Positions 11,242-23,807 of a DNA stretch of 64,000 bases are shown here, in pieces. The stretch is from Mantamonas sphyraenae STR306 (lineage: Eukaryota > Protista > CRuMs). The notes under the pieces were generated by a model. The model was not told the DNA's origin and searched no databases. It worked only from the letters and a program-made list of their open reading frames with translations. The stretch lies in assembly GCA_026936335.1 (NCBI GenBank), contig JAPMXV010000006.1, positions 1 to 64,000 on the forward strand, given 5' to 3'. The first letter of the stretch is position 1. Every line of letters starts with the position of its first letter. The translations under genes were made by a program, and so were the position numbers.

Positions 11242-14200
11242 ATGTCCATCCCTCCCAAAACCTTCCCAGGAGGCCTCTCTTCTGACAACCAACACGCCAT
11301 AGACTGGGGTCACAACAACCTCGTCGCATACGGCTGCCAGTCTCTCATCCCCATCGTCGACCCCTCTGTGCCCCAGGTCCTCACTACCCTCGACGGCCAC
11401 CCGTCCACCGTCGTCGTCCTTCGCTGGAGTCCCCACAACCTCCTCGCTGCAAAGTCCCCCACCCTCTATCTCGCCTCAGGCGACCTCACGGGCAACCTTC
11501 TGCTCTGGGACGTCGCCCTCGGCCGCATCGACCAGCGCCTCACTGAATCTGGCACAAAGCAGCCCATACGCGACATCCAATGGCTCCCTGCACACCCTTC
11601 TCTCCTGCTTGCTCTCCACGCCCCGTCCTCCCTCATCCTTTGGGACCTCACCACCGGCGAGTCCGTGTGGCGCATCAACAGCTTTTCCAACGACCCCATG
11701 TGCTCCGTCCACCTCGACCCCTTTGATCCCTCCCACCTCACCATGCACTCCGCCTCTGGCTGGGTCTACCGCATCCGTGACTTTTCCAGAAAGTCCACCC
11801 CTCGCTCTGTCGAGAAAAAGTACCGCATCAGCTCAAACAACTCCTCCTCCTCCTCCTCCTCCTCTTCCTCCTCCTCTGCTCTCCGCCGCAAGTCATCCGC
11901 CGCTGCCGCTGCCGCCTCCTCCTCCTCAAACCTCATCCAGATGGCCATGAGCCCCACAGAGCCAAACGTCATCTACTTCCTCCTCCCGCGTGAGCTCATG
12001 GTCTTTGACCTTTCCGTCGACCAAGTCCTTGCCTCCGTCGTCCTCGACCGCACACGCCCCTCCTTCTCCCGCCTCATCACCTCCCGCAACCATCCGGGTC
12101 TCCTCTTTGCCCTCCACGACGACAGCTCTGCCAGTGTCTGGCTCCAGCCACACAACCGCTTCAACTTTGAGCTCGCCGCCGTCACAGACATCCTCCGCTC
12201 CTCCTCCAAAATACGCAGCCGCCACGTCTCCGTCACCGCCCTCGCAAACAGCCCCCTGGCAGAGACCCGCCTTGCTGCCGTCGGTTCCAACGGCAAGTTC
12301 CTCGTCTGGCATTTTATGCCTCAGCTCAGCAGTCCCCTCCACCACACCCCGCTCCCGCCCTTTGACCACACCCTTCTCTCCGCCACTCCTGCCTCCGCCT
12401 CCCTGCGTCCCTCCCTACACAGCGCATACTCGGGCTACCGCATGTACCTCTGCTCCTTCATGGAGGGTCTCACCAGCCCTGCTGCCGCAATCGCCGTCTG
12501 CCCCTTCAAGCACACCCTCGCCCGCAAGCTTGCTGCCATCGGCACCCTCCACGGCACCCTCCAGCTCCTCGATCTTCTCACAGGCCGCGTCCTGCGTGAG
12601 TTCCACCTCGCCAATGCCCCGCTCAGGGGTCTCACCTGGCTCTCCGCACGCACTCTCGTCGCCTTCTCCTTCTCCGAGCTCTCACCGGGCCAATTCCGCA
12701 ACTCCCTTCTCCGCGTCGACATCACCACGGGCAAGTCTCGCGAAATGCGCCAAAACGCAGAGCAGCTCTCAGACTCCTTCATACGCGCCCTCCACCTCAG
12801 CCCGTCTCGCCGCCATCTCGCCGTCCTTCTCAAGGACAAGCCTTTTGAGCTCTGGGATCTCCACACGGACTCCATGCTCACCACCCTCTCCAAGTATGCC
12901 CAGGTAACCAGCTTCCAGTGGAGCCCCTATCTCCTCGAAAACGTCAAATCCCCGTCCCCTCAGGCTGCTCCCGCCGAACAGTTTGTCTTTACCGTGCCCG
13001 ACGGCACCCTAAACTATTTCATCGTCGACAACGGCGTCATCACCGCAGTGAAAAAGACCCAGCCTGACCTCGGCATGGGCATCATCAGCTACATGGCCTG
13101 GAGCTCGTCCTTCCTCGTCTCCGGCGACACCGTCGGCACCATGCACAGCTGGGACTTCAAGAAGCGCAAGTCTCGCACCTTTATCACAGGCCGAGGCCTA
13201 GTCCGTCGCATCCTGTACGCCCCTGGCTCACGCTCTTCCCTTGCCCTCGTCCTCTTTGCCGAGGGCGACTTTGGTATTTGGGACCTCGCCTCGGGAAAGC
13301 AGATCGCCATCACAAACGTGCCCACGCGCTCCTCCTCCTCCTCTTCTTCCTCTTCCTCCTCCTCCTCTTCCTCTTCCTCCTCTTCCTCTTCCTCCGGCTC
13401 CTCCTCCTCATCTTCCGCCTCCTCTGCCGGTGCCTCCACCACAAACACGGCCTCCGACTCCTCCGCATCCAACGGCACTCTCAAAGCCGTCAACGTCGAC
13501 TGGGTCACCGACCAGCACCCTGTCGTTGCTTGCGCAGACGGCACCGTGCGCATCTTCAACCTCGACCTCCGCACCTGCTCCGCACCCATCACCCACCGCA
13601 GCCTCGTCGCACCCCTTTCAACCCCTTCCCTCTTGCCCTTCAACACGGCAAGCTACCTCCGTGCAATGCTCCAGCACGGTCACACAGACCTTGCCAATCT
13701 CGACCGCCTCCTCGACGACGACGACGACTCGTACACAACCTACGCTTCTGCAGAGGTCAAAGACTTTTCATCAGACTCCCCTTCCCCCTCCTCCTCCTCC
13801 ACCACCTCAGCATCTTCCTCCTCCTATGGCAACGACATTCAAGACGCCATTGCCACACACCTCCACCACATGGATCCCTCCCTCCTCGACACCATCGCCA
13901 CAGCCAAGACTCCCGTCTCGCGCCGCTGCCTCCTCACCGCCCAGTACTTTGGCCAGCAGCAGGACATCGACTTTTGGACTCTTGCCTCCTTCTACCTCGA
14001 CATGTACGCCTCGCGCGGCACCGCCCTCCTCGACGACGACGACGACGACGAACGCGAAGAAACGCGCCCGCCACCACCGCCACCACCACCACCACCACAA
14101 CAACATCCTCCCAGTCATCATCCGACCCTTCCCCTTCCTCCCCCTCCTCCTCCTCCTCCCCCGGCTCCCCCGGCTCCCAATCCTCCATCCTCCCGTCCTA

Positions 14201-15104
14201 TTTTCATTACCTCGGCACCTCCAAAGACCAAACCCAGGCCGAACTCGACCGTTTGCACACCTACGAGAAGCGCATGGCTGGCAACCAGCCTCTCATCCAG
14301 CACACAGCCAACCAAAACGTCCTCCTCGGCCAGCAGCGCAGCGCCATCGACCAGCTCCTGGACACCCCGTCCGACAGCCCTGACTTTTACCCCAATGCCC
14401 TCCGCGCCTGCGTCGTCGCCGCATCCCTCTCCAAGAAAGAGTACACCGACACTGTCAATCTGGTTGCCACAACACTCATCGCAAACGCGCGCCTTGACGA
14501 GGGCATCCAGATGCTCTGCCTTATCAACCGTTCCTACGATGCCTGCCGCTATCTCCAGACCTACGATCGATGGGAAGAGGCTGCCCGTCTCGCAAAGGTC
14601 ACCCTCAGCCCGCGCAAGTGTGCCGTCATCTACAAGCGCTGGAGCGAGTTTCTCACCGCCTCCCGCCAATATGACCGCGCCATCCACGTCCTTCTTTCCC
14701 TCGCCGAGTTTGCCGACGTCGTCTACCTCCTCCTCGAGAGCAGGCGCTGGGACACAGCCGCCCTTTTCACTGACGCTTGCCTCGACGCCGGCGTCCTCAC
14801 TCTCGCCCGTGCCAAGCAACTCCACGTCCGCCTCTCCACCATGAATAGTCTCGAGCGCCAGCAAATAACCCTTCACTCGCTTCTACCCCGTGTCTACCTC
14901 GAATACGGCGTCTACCTCCAGTCCATCGGCTGCCGACCCCTCTCCCGCTTCCGCTGTGCCCAGGCCAAGCAGCTTTCTCTCGACACCACCGCGGACAATG
15001 TCAAAGACGATGACAAGCAAGTGTCAGCCACCACCTCTGTCGACACACAAGTGTCATCAAGCGAGCAAATCCCGCCCGCCGAACAATCCGCCGCCTCCCA
15101 ATGA
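11242..15104 (+). CDS. WDR11: WD repeat protein WDR11; frameshift near 14060
   Basis: N-terminus AIDWGHNNLVAYGCQSL matches the WDR11 start. Multiple WD repeats. C-terminal FYPNALRAC, LVATTLIANARLDEGIQMLCLI and ACRYLQTYDRWEEAARLAK lie in the 13278-15104 frame. Confidence 0.88.
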
Positions 15105-15212
15105 ATCCAAGTCGTCGAGCCAACCCTGTTTCAGCCCGCCCTCCCACCAGCCCACTCCCTTTCCGCACACACATTCAACCCCCACTCCCTCTCGCCCAAC
15201 CAATCCTCATCA

Positions 15213-18200
15213 ATGTCGCTCTTGATGTCGAGCGTGGGCGCCACCCACGCATACGACACCGAAGCCACAGAGCTGGGTGACAGCTACCGCGTGCCACAAC
15301 GCAAACGAAGCACACGGCGGCGCACACGACGCACAGAGGAGAACGGCAACACTAGCCCCAGGAGGGCTAGCAAGGCTCGGATTCAACATTCACAATCTCC
15401 TGCCGACCAGTCCAACACACACAGTGGCACGCCGTCCCCGATCGAGGCTCGCTCATCCAGCGGCCGAGTCGATTCGGGCAGTGGTGCCATTGAGCGAAGG
15501 CATTCTGCCGAAGAGGTGTTGGACAACGAGCAAAAGGGAAGGGCTCGCGGACGCAGCCGCTGGAGACCTCGCGGACGCAAACGCTCCAGTGGCGGCAGGA
15601 ACCGATTCAACGACCCCATCGCCCGAAGCACACACCAAGGTCTCGCTTTGCCCCACAGCAGCTCGCGCGAGAACGACAAAGGCAGATCCAGCCCTGCCCA
15701 CACAGACGGAGACGTTTCACCCGGACTCCGCAACTTTGCCGCTATCGAGGGCGCCACCTGGGTCGAGGACGAAGAGGTGCTCGTCGATCCGGGCGAGATG
15801 CAACGCTACTTCAACGCAGACGACATCACAGAGCCCAGCCACTCCTCAGGCTCCATCCGCCGCACCTACAGCTCCGGCGCAACCGAATTGAGACGTTTGG
15901 CCTCGGGCAACTCCTTTCGCGGCGCCATGCGCGCCGCTGCACGCTCCGACGCTTCTTCCGACCCGCGACGCGGTAGCAACACCACCATAGACCGCCGTGC
16001 CTCCAACTCTGCTTCCGTCTCCTCTGCACACGACGACACCGAGCACACAAACGTCTCCTCCCACAGCACACACAACCGCAGCAACAACGGCCTCATCGGC
16101 TCCATCCCCAACCTCGCCAATGACCGGCCCTCCATGCGTACAAACCATCTCGACGACGACAGTGTCGTGCGCACCTCTGTTGAGCCTGCCCTCCACGCTC
16201 CCAAGCTCCTTGTCGACGGCAAGATCCACCCGGAAGACCACACTGCAGACGAGCAAGAAACCACAAAGATGAAGCGCCAGCCCAGCATCCTATCCTACAG
16301 CTACCCGGTCACAGAGTCTCACGACAACCTCCGCAGGCAGATCACAACCTTTGTCGACACCTACAAGTCCCAGGAACCAAGGTCCGTTCTTGCCCCGTTT
16401 ACACGCATTCCCCGATTTCCCCTCTCCTCCAGCCTTCTCCACTCCTCACCATCCCCACTGTACTGTCCACCCCATTGCCCATCCCCTTCTCACACACCTA
16501 CCCTCTCACCTACAGTCCGGGCAACCTCCTCGCCGACAAGCTACTGCGTACAAACACCCTCGAAGATCAGGTACGCCTCACACGCGCCCAAACCCTTTCA
16601 TTCCACACACGCCGCTCTCACCCACGCCTCCACCCGCTCTCACTACGTCTCCCCACCGCCCCAATCTCCCACGCTGACTCTCCCTACCTACCCTTTCCAC
16701 CACACCTCGTTTCCAGTCTCTGCGTTCCATCACTCGAATGACTGCCTTTGCCTTCCTCGGCATGCTCTTTATGATCATCGAGAACGAGCTTTCCTGGCAC
16801 AACAAAGACTGGCCCGTCGATGCCATGCCCCTCCTCGGACTGCGTGCCCTTGTCACCCTCACCACAGTGCTCCTGCGTACGTCCCTCCAGACACCTCCCC
16901 ACAGCCCCGCCCCACGCATCCAGGAGCCCTCCTCACCCCTGAAGCCCCTCTCACACCACACCCTCCTGTCCCTCCGCGCAGTCATCGAGATCACTCACTA
17001 CTACAAGGTCCTGTGGACACTGCTTCGCGTACGCAACGTCCTCCTCCACGACGAACACTACTGGAGTGTCGAGCACACTCTCCGTTTCGCCCTTGAGCTC
17101 CTCATCTGCGCTGTCCACAGTCCACCCATGCTCCATTTTCGCTTCGAACACTGGGCTGTCCTCTCCGTAACGCGTTTCGACGACCAGCGCCTGGACATGA
17201 TCATGTTCATCCGCCTCTACCTCCTCATCCGCTACCTCAAGGCCCAAACAGACCTCCGAGGTTCAGCTGCTCGCTTCATTGGCGCTCTCAACAACGTCCG
17301 CTTCAGCACAGCCTTTGCCCTCAAGATCCAGATGACTCAGCGGCCCTTCACCATGCTCTTCTTCCTCCTTGCCACACTCATCCTCAGCACCAGCTATGTC
17401 GTCCGAATCTGTGAGCGAGACATCCAACCCGCCTTTGAGTATTGGCCAAACAGCATCTGGCTCCTTGTCGTCACCGTCACCACCGTCGGCTACGGTGACG
17501 TCGCTCCAATCAGCACCTGTGCTCGCGTCGCCTCGATGACCTGCGCATGGGCTGGCGTCTTTTTCACCACCTCCATGATTGCCATCCTCCAAAAGAACCT
17601 CGACTTTTCAAAGCCCGAGTCCCGTGTCTACCACTTCCTCTCCAAGGCCCGCCTCCGCCGAAACATCATCAACCTCGCCGCCTCTGTCATCCAGACATCC
17701 TATCGTACATACGCCTATCGCAGGCGCCACAACACCTCCGCTGCCCCCTACTTTCTGCGTCAGCGCTCCCTCAGCACTCTCCTCAAGTGGACCAAACTTC
17801 GTCGGTACGCTCCTCGCTTCCTCTGCCCCCTGAATCCCTCACACCCCACACCCCGAAGCCAGGCACACTAACCCATCCATCCGCGCCACTCATCCCGTCC
17901 CACAGCAAGGTGAAAGCCACCACAGACACCGAAAACATGACGCCCGTCCTCATCGAGTCCATTTGGTTTGAAATCAACGACCTCGGCCAAACCGTCATGG
18001 ACACCTACGACGCCCTGGATGACTTTATGCTCCAGTACGAGGACGACCAAGAGGCCTTGGCCAGAAACGGCGTGTATGGCCTGCCCAGTGACAGCCACAC
18101 CCAATCCGACGACCGCGGCACCCAGCAAAATGCAAACGACCACGCAGAATCAAACCCGGCAGAGCCATCCTCCGACCCGCCTGCAGGCGACGATGAACAC

Positions 18201-18809
18201 ATAGACAACACACCGCACGCCACAGACACACCTGCACGCAAGGAAAGCACAGACAGCGACGAGTCCACTCCGTCTGCCGAGGAGGCTGCTCCCTCCCAAT
18301 CTGCCACAACAACCACAACAACATCATCCACAGCTGCTGCAGCCACCGCTCCCCTGCGCTACCAGCGCACAGGCACAGGAGGCAGTCTCGACCATGTCCG
18401 TGTGCGCAAGCAACGCTCCCTGGCAGACGGACTCTCCGGCACCGCCAGCGATGGCGGCGCTCCCATACGCAGACGCCAACGCAGCGCAACCCTCACTGGC
18501 CGCTCTGCCACAACTTTGCGCAAGTCTCTTCACGATCCACTCGACATTAAGCACCTTCAGGAAGAAAATAGCGAACGCCGCTCCGGCCTTCGCACCGGCA
18601 CCAGCCCTGCCACACACACTTCCGGCCCAGCCTCCAACACTGGCAACATGCGCACCCGCATGGACCACATGGAGGATCGCATCGATCACCTCACCACCAT
18701 GCTCGAACTCCTGCTGCGCGCAAACGACATCGACGTGCCCGAGTCACACCACCGCGTCCGTTCCTCCCTCTCTGTCTCACCAGAGCCTACATCGGCAGAC
18801 TCCAATTGA
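15213..18809 (+). CDS. Small-conductance Ca2+-activated K+ channel (SK/KCNN-like), multi-exon, with long disordered termini
   Basis: Pore VTVTTVGYGDVAP, S1 motif MIIENEL, ELLICAVHSPP, MFIRLYLLIR, and a calmodulin-binding-like KPESRVYHFL...AASVIQ segment. Introns at roughly 16382-16515, 16571-16715, ~16880-16980 and ~17805-17905 (boundaries approximate). Confidence 0.85.
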
Positions 18810-18835
18810 GACCACATGTACATTACAGTATTGTG

Positions 18836-21800
18836 TCACCTTGCTTTCCCTGCCCACATCTCACTCAACACATCCAGCCCCTGTTCCCTGCTCACCCGTG
18901 CCATCTGCCCTGCAAGTCGCCTCTCCACCTCTGCATCTTGATTCAGCTCAATGGCACGCAGCAGAAACTGCGACGCCACTGCCCACCCCCCACGCTCCAC
19001 CATCTTTTCCCCCGCCGCGGACAATGCTTCCACCAGCTGCCGCTCCTCCTCATTCACATCCCGCGCCATCGCCCCAATCTCCTCTTCAACAAGCTCACGT
19101 CCCTCCTCGCCACCTACACAAAGCGCCAGTTGCATGCATGCTGTCCTGCGCAGCGCCTCCCCCACCTCCAAGCTCAGAGCTCGCCGCAACAACGCAGCGC
19201 ACTCTTTTGCTTTGCCCTGCCGCTCCTTCAGGTTGGCCAAGTTCACCAGCGTGCTCCCGATATCGTCTCCGCTTGCTTTGTTCTGCACCTTGTACTGCAG
19301 CACTTGCAGCAGCGACTCTTCCGTCTCCGCGTCAGCTTTGCCGTTCTGCACCGCCTCCTCCTCGTTCACCAGCATCGACAGCTGCTCCTGCGCCTCCGTT
19401 TCCCCACTCGATGCCTGTACAACCTGTCTCAACAGCCTCTCTGCTTCCTTTCGCTCACCGTCCCGCAAGCACAGCTTCACCAGCAGCTTCTGCGTGTCCA
19501 CCACCACACGGTGGTGCACTCCGTGCAATTGCACCACGTCTTTCAACAGCAACGACACTTCGTTCGCCGTCACCGTCCCTCCACTCTCCCACTCCAGTGT
19601 GTACAGTCGCAAACGTGCATCCAGCACACGTTGGTGTGCCTTCCCAAACGATCGCTCCAGCTGTACAACGCCACGACGGCAAGCATTGGCCGCCTCTCGC
19701 CAACGTGTCTCCCCTTCTCGACATAGAACCTCCACCAACTGCATCAAAAGCAGGCCAACACGTGGATGGTCGTTTCCATGGCCCTCGGCGCACTCTTCCA
19801 CCGCTTGTTCGCAGAATTTTTCCGCTTGCCGCAACTCACCCATCTGCATACACACCTGTGCCAGTTCCTCCAGAATATCCACCAGCCCAGCGCCATCACA
19901 CATCTCCAGCTGCTTCTCCAGTGTCTCCCGCAGCAGGCCCAGCTCACCACGCGCCCGCGCACTATCCCCAATCCATTCCAACACCCGCAGCCGGTCGTCT
20001 CGCCGATCTTTCAGCAGACCGCTTGCACGCTGAAGCAAAATGCACCCCCGCTCCGGCTTGCCGCACTCCAACGCCGCGCGTCCGTACTCCACCATGACCA
20101 GCGCCGTCTCTGCGTGCTCCTCGCCCAACACGCGTCCAAGGATGCCCAGCGCTCCTTCAAACGCATGGGCTGCGTTTTCAAATTCCCCTCGGCAACCGTA
20201 CAGTTTCCCAAGGTCCGCCCGTGTGTGCGCCACCTCTCGGTGCTCTTTGCCAAGTCGATGTTGCAGTTGGCCCAACGCCGCCGAGAGCGCCTCGCTGGCC
20301 TCCTTGTATCCGCCTTGCTGCAGCCAGCAGCGTCCCACCTCACGCAACACCAACGCACGCACAAGCTCAGCCTTTTCGCTCTCTTCCTGCTGCAGCAATC
20401 GCATCGCTTTGGTCAGCAAATGTTTCGCCTCGCCCGCATTCCCTGCCGCTGCCAGGCACCTCGCCCCCAGCAACATCGCAGACGCAATCTCACTCATGCT
20501 CACTTCCTCGCTCCCTCTTTCCTCCTCCAGCTCCAACAGCAGCTCTACTGACTGCCGCAGCAGAGCGCTCGCTTCCGTGTACGATTCCGACTTGTACAGC
20601 GCCTCCCCAAGCACCTGCAGACACTCCACCTCGACACCAGTCGACCATCCGTGCGTTTCTACCATGCGCAACGCAAACCGCGCGTGTCTACTCGCCTGTT
20701 CCTCCTCTGCTTCGTTCAGAAGCGCCTTGGCAAGCTGCAGGTGTGCCTCACACACCAGCTTCGCTTCCTCCTCCTTCTCCTCCTCCACAGACTCCCGCTC
20801 ACCCTCCAGCAGCTCCAGCACTCGAATGCGCAGCTGACTCTCGATCCCCAGCGTCGGATGCACACGGCAAAGCGATGCCATCTCCCGCAGCGTGTCAAGG
20901 CGCGCCGGGTCCCGCAACCCTTCTTGGATGGTCAGCGCACGCTCTAGTGCACGATGTGCCTTGGACGCCTCTCCCATGTTGTTGTACACAACAGACAAGT
21001 CCAGCAGCGCGCGTGCACTCAGTGGGTGCGTGTCGCCTAGGTCTTGCGAGTACGACACAATGCACTGGCGAAGCAGCCGCTCTGCCTCCTCATACTCCTT
21101 CACATCGTTGTGCACCAACGCCAATCGATGCCAAAGTGTCGCTTTGTCCGCATAGCCTTCCTTCAGAGCTTGCGTGTACGCCAGCTGCGCCTTCAGAGGC
21201 CGTCCCGTGTGTCTGTATGCATCTCCCAACAATCGGTGGCTCTCTGCCTGCCCCTGCGCCATTTTTGACACAATCAGTGCATATTGCTCCACGCAATCCC
21301 ACTCATCGTGCTCTGCGTGCACCTGGGCCAGCACTTTGGCTGCTTGGATGATCTGCTCCGGCGAAGCACGCTTGTGCTCCACCACAGTCCGCCCGTGCCG
21401 CAGCACACCCTCTTCCACCCCCATGCTGTGGTACAGCTCGGTCAACTGAAGGTGCGTCTGCACCGCCGCCGGATCGTGCCTGTTCTCGCCCTCCAGTGTG
21501 CCCAGCAGCTGCGCAACAGATCCTTCCAGATCTCCGTGTTGTTGCGTCAGCTCCGCAATCACATTGCGGTTTTCTGCCACCGCTCGAGGATGGTGCTTGT
21601 CTTTGAACAACCTGAAGCTCAGCGCATGTTGCGCCCACGCAATCGCCTCCTCCAGCTGCCCTTCCTTTGCATACCTCGCGCTCTCGTCGTCGCACGCCAG
21701 CGCATAGCTCACAGGCAGGTTGCTTTTGCTACGACAGCCCACTTTCGTCACCTTGAGTGCTCCCGTGCCCAGCACGTGTGCCCGTTTCGCTTCACCAGCC

Positions 21801-23677
21801 TCCACTCTGAGCGCATGCCCGCCGGACATCTCCAATTGCGCAAGAGTCATGCAGCGCTGCAACAAAGCATGTAGCCACTCGGTCGCGTCTCCGTGCATCA
21901 GGTGCAACACCGAAGGCGGTGGCAGCCGTGTAAAGGAGCCGGGAAACTTGGCCATAAGCGCCACCGGCAGTTCCTGCTCCAGCGCAGCGGCATCAAAGAA
22001 GGATCGGACAAACACAGTGGCACACGCGCAGGAGTTGCTTTGGTTCTGCCCACGAGCTTGGCAAAGGTATGCATACAGGCCAGTGCGGAACGTGCGGGCG
22101 CACATCTCCAGCAACAGCAGGTCTCGTGTCTCTGCACGGCTGCTCTTGTGCCAAAGAACACCCATGAAACGCAAGTTGACGCCGTGTACCATCATGCAGC
22201 GGCATAGCACGTCGGCGTCGTCAACACGGTGCACCTCAAGCTGCTGCACAATAGCCGGGAGTAGGTCCCGTAGCAAGTGCACCGTCGCCTCACTTGCACT
22301 TTCCTCCCCTTTGTGTTTAAACTCTGCGCGAAAGCGCTGCGTGTTTTCGCTGGCATGCATCCGTTCGATGAGCTGCAACCCGTGCGCGGCAAAGCGCATC
22401 GGCGGCTGCCGCTGTTCGGTGAATTGGACGCTGTAGTGTCCGTGTGCATCTGTGTACACATGCACACCCTGCGCAAGGGTGTGCTTGTCCAGATGAGTCT
22501 GCAGCATGCTCTCGAGCCATTGCGGAAGATGTTTTGCCCGCGCGCATGACGCTGCGTCCAGGTCCAGCGACTGCACCAGAACACGCTGGCCATCCACATC
22601 CACGAGCACCATGATAGGCGTCAATAGCTGCGAGTGCCACGACGAAAGCGACTCCAGCGCAAAGCGAGCTGCCTGCAGCTTGTTCTTGGCTTGCTTGGCC
22701 GCGGCCCCGTCACTTGCAAACTCGTGGTCGCGCGTGTCTTGAATAAGGTAGTAGAGAGCGCCCCGGAAGAGGTAAGTGGGTGATTTGGCCAGCATGGCGT
22801 TGTGCTGGCCGAGATGAGCAAAAGGCCACGCCAGCGGGTTCGTCTCGTCCAACGGCTCCAAGTCGTCAAGCTGCCGGCGCACCAGCCTGATTGCTACAGG
22901 GGTCACATGCTGGCAAAACGCACGCACAGTTGCAGTGATGTGTGCTTGCCGTTGACGCTGGGCCTCCAGCGAGTCCTGCTCCATGGCCAGGGCGTTTGCA
23001 AAGCGAGCCGACCAATTTGGCCGCGCATTGGTTTCGGCGGGCATACTCAGACCCAGCTGTGCAAGGTGTGCGGGATCAGGGGCATGTGTGTACATGGCCT
23101 TTGTAGGCAGTAGCGCTCGTATAAACATCGGTTCGGCGTCCACGTGTGCCTGCTGCGCATATCGAGCCAGTGCGGCAGGTTGACTTGCGTGCGCGTCGTT
23201 CAGCCACGGCTGAGCATACCATGCCAGATCAAACGTGGCATTCGGTTCGTCGTGTGCTTGTTGCCACCCACGTATGCTCTTTCGCACATAGTGCATTGCT
23301 GCCGTGCTCACCAGAGGGGCAAAACTCAGCGGAACCAGCAGCGCTCGCCACACTCCCAAATGATCGATAACCAAACAGGAGACAGGCCACACAATGCGAT
23401 GTACTGTGGCCAGCAGTCCCAACCCGTGATATGGGTACAAAGGCAGCGACACGACCGCGGCAGCTGCCAAACCTAGTGACACGCTTCCGACCACGAGCCA
23501 CAGCAGCACCTGAGTGACGTTCAGCGGGACCAGCCACAGTAGAGCATTGACGAGAAGTACACTTGCAAACTGACTCAGCGAAATGCGCATGGACTGCGTT
23601 GTTGGTTCGTTGCCCGCTCCCGCGCCCTTCTGCCCGTCTCCACTCGGTGCGCCAAACACCACACCGTGCCTTGCCAT
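18836..23677 (-). CDS. Clu-domain plus long TPR-array protein with an N-terminal hydrophobic (TM) region
   Basis: Clu-like motifs PIMVLVDVDGQRVLVQS, HGVNLRFMGVL and LLEMCARTFR. Many kinesin-light-chain-type TPRs (LGDTHPLSARAL, LGKEHREVAHT, LGEEHAETA). ATG at 23677. Confidence 0.75.
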   Translation of the reverse strand: MARHGVVFGAPSGDGQKGAGAGNEPTTQSMRISLSQFASVLLVNALLWLVPLNVTQVLLWLVVGSVSLGLAAAAVVSLPLYPYHGLGLLATVHRIVWPVSCLVIDHLGVWRALLVPLSFAPLVSTAAMHYVRKSIRGWQQAHDEPNATFDLAWYAQPWLNDAHASQPAALARYAQQAHVDAEPMFIRALLPTKAMYTHAPDPAHLAQLGLSMPAETNARPNWSARFANALAMEQDSLEAQRQRQAHITATVRAFCQHVTPVAIRLVRRQLDDLEPLDETNPLAWPFAHLGQHNAMLAKSPTYLFRGALYYLIQDTRDHEFASDGAAAKQAKNKLQAARFALESLSSWHSQLLTPIMVLVDVDGQRVLVQSLDLDAASCARAKHLPQWLESMLQTHLDKHTLAQGVHVYTDAHGHYSVQFTEQRQPPMRFAAHGLQLIERMHASENTQRFRAEFKHKGEESASEATVHLLRDLLPAIVQQLEVHRVDDADVLCRCMMVHGVNLRFMGVLWHKSSRAETRDLLLLEMCARTFRTGLYAYLCQARGQNQSNSCACATVFVRSFFDAAALEQELPVALMAKFPGSFTRLPPPSVLHLMHGDATEWLHALLQRCMTLAQLEMSGGHALRVEAGEAKRAHVLGTGALKVTKVGCRSKSNLPVSYALACDDESARYAKEGQLEEAIAWAQHALSFRLFKDKHHPRAVAENRNVIAELTQQHGDLEGSVAQLLGTLEGENRHDPAAVQTHLQLTELYHSMGVEEGVLRHGRTVVEHKRASPEQIIQAAKVLAQVHAEHDEWDCVEQYALIVSKMAQGQAESHRLLGDAYRHTGRPLKAQLAYTQALKEGYADKATLWHRLALVHNDVKEYEEAERLLRQCIVSYSQDLGDTHPLSARALLDLSVVYNNMGEASKAHRALERALTIQEGLRDPARLDTLREMASLCRVHPTLGIESQLRIRVLELLEGERESVEEEKEEEAKLVCEAHLQLAKALLNEAEEEQASRHARFALRMVETHGWSTGVEVECLQVLGEALYKSESYTEASALLRQSVELLLELEEERGSEEVSMSEIASAMLLGARCLAAAGNAGEAKHLLTKAMRLLQQEESEKAELVRALVLREVGRCWLQQGGYKEASEALSAALGQLQHRLGKEHREVAHTRADLGKLYGCRGEFENAAHAFEGALGILGRVLGEEHAETALVMVEYGRAALECGKPERGCILLQRASGLLKDRRDDRLRVLEWIGDSARARGELGLLRETLEKQLEMCDGAGLVDILEELAQVCMQMGELRQAEKFCEQAVEECAEGHGNDHPRVGLLLMQLVEVLCREGETRWREAANACRRGVVQLERSFGKAHQRVLDARLRLYTLEWESGGTVTANEVSLLLKDVVQLHGVHHRVVVDTQKLLVKLCLRDGERKEAERLLRQVVQASSGETEAQEQLSMLVNEEEAVQNGKADAETEESLLQVLQYKVQNKASGDDIGSTLVNLANLKERQGKAKECAALLRRALSLEVGEALRRTACMQLALCVGGEEGRELVEEEIGAMARDVNEEERQLVEALSAAGEKMVERGGWAVASQFLLRAIELNQDAEVERRLAGQMARVSREQGLDVLSEMWAGKAR

Positions 23678-23807
23678 GTGCCACGCATCACAGTGTGTCC
23701 TCCAGGCCGGTGAAAATCTGCCCGGGATCCATTCAAATACGCGTCTGCGGCCTTGCGCCGACGTGACCAAGAAACGGAGGGAAACCAAGGAAAACAACAA
23801 CCACAAC

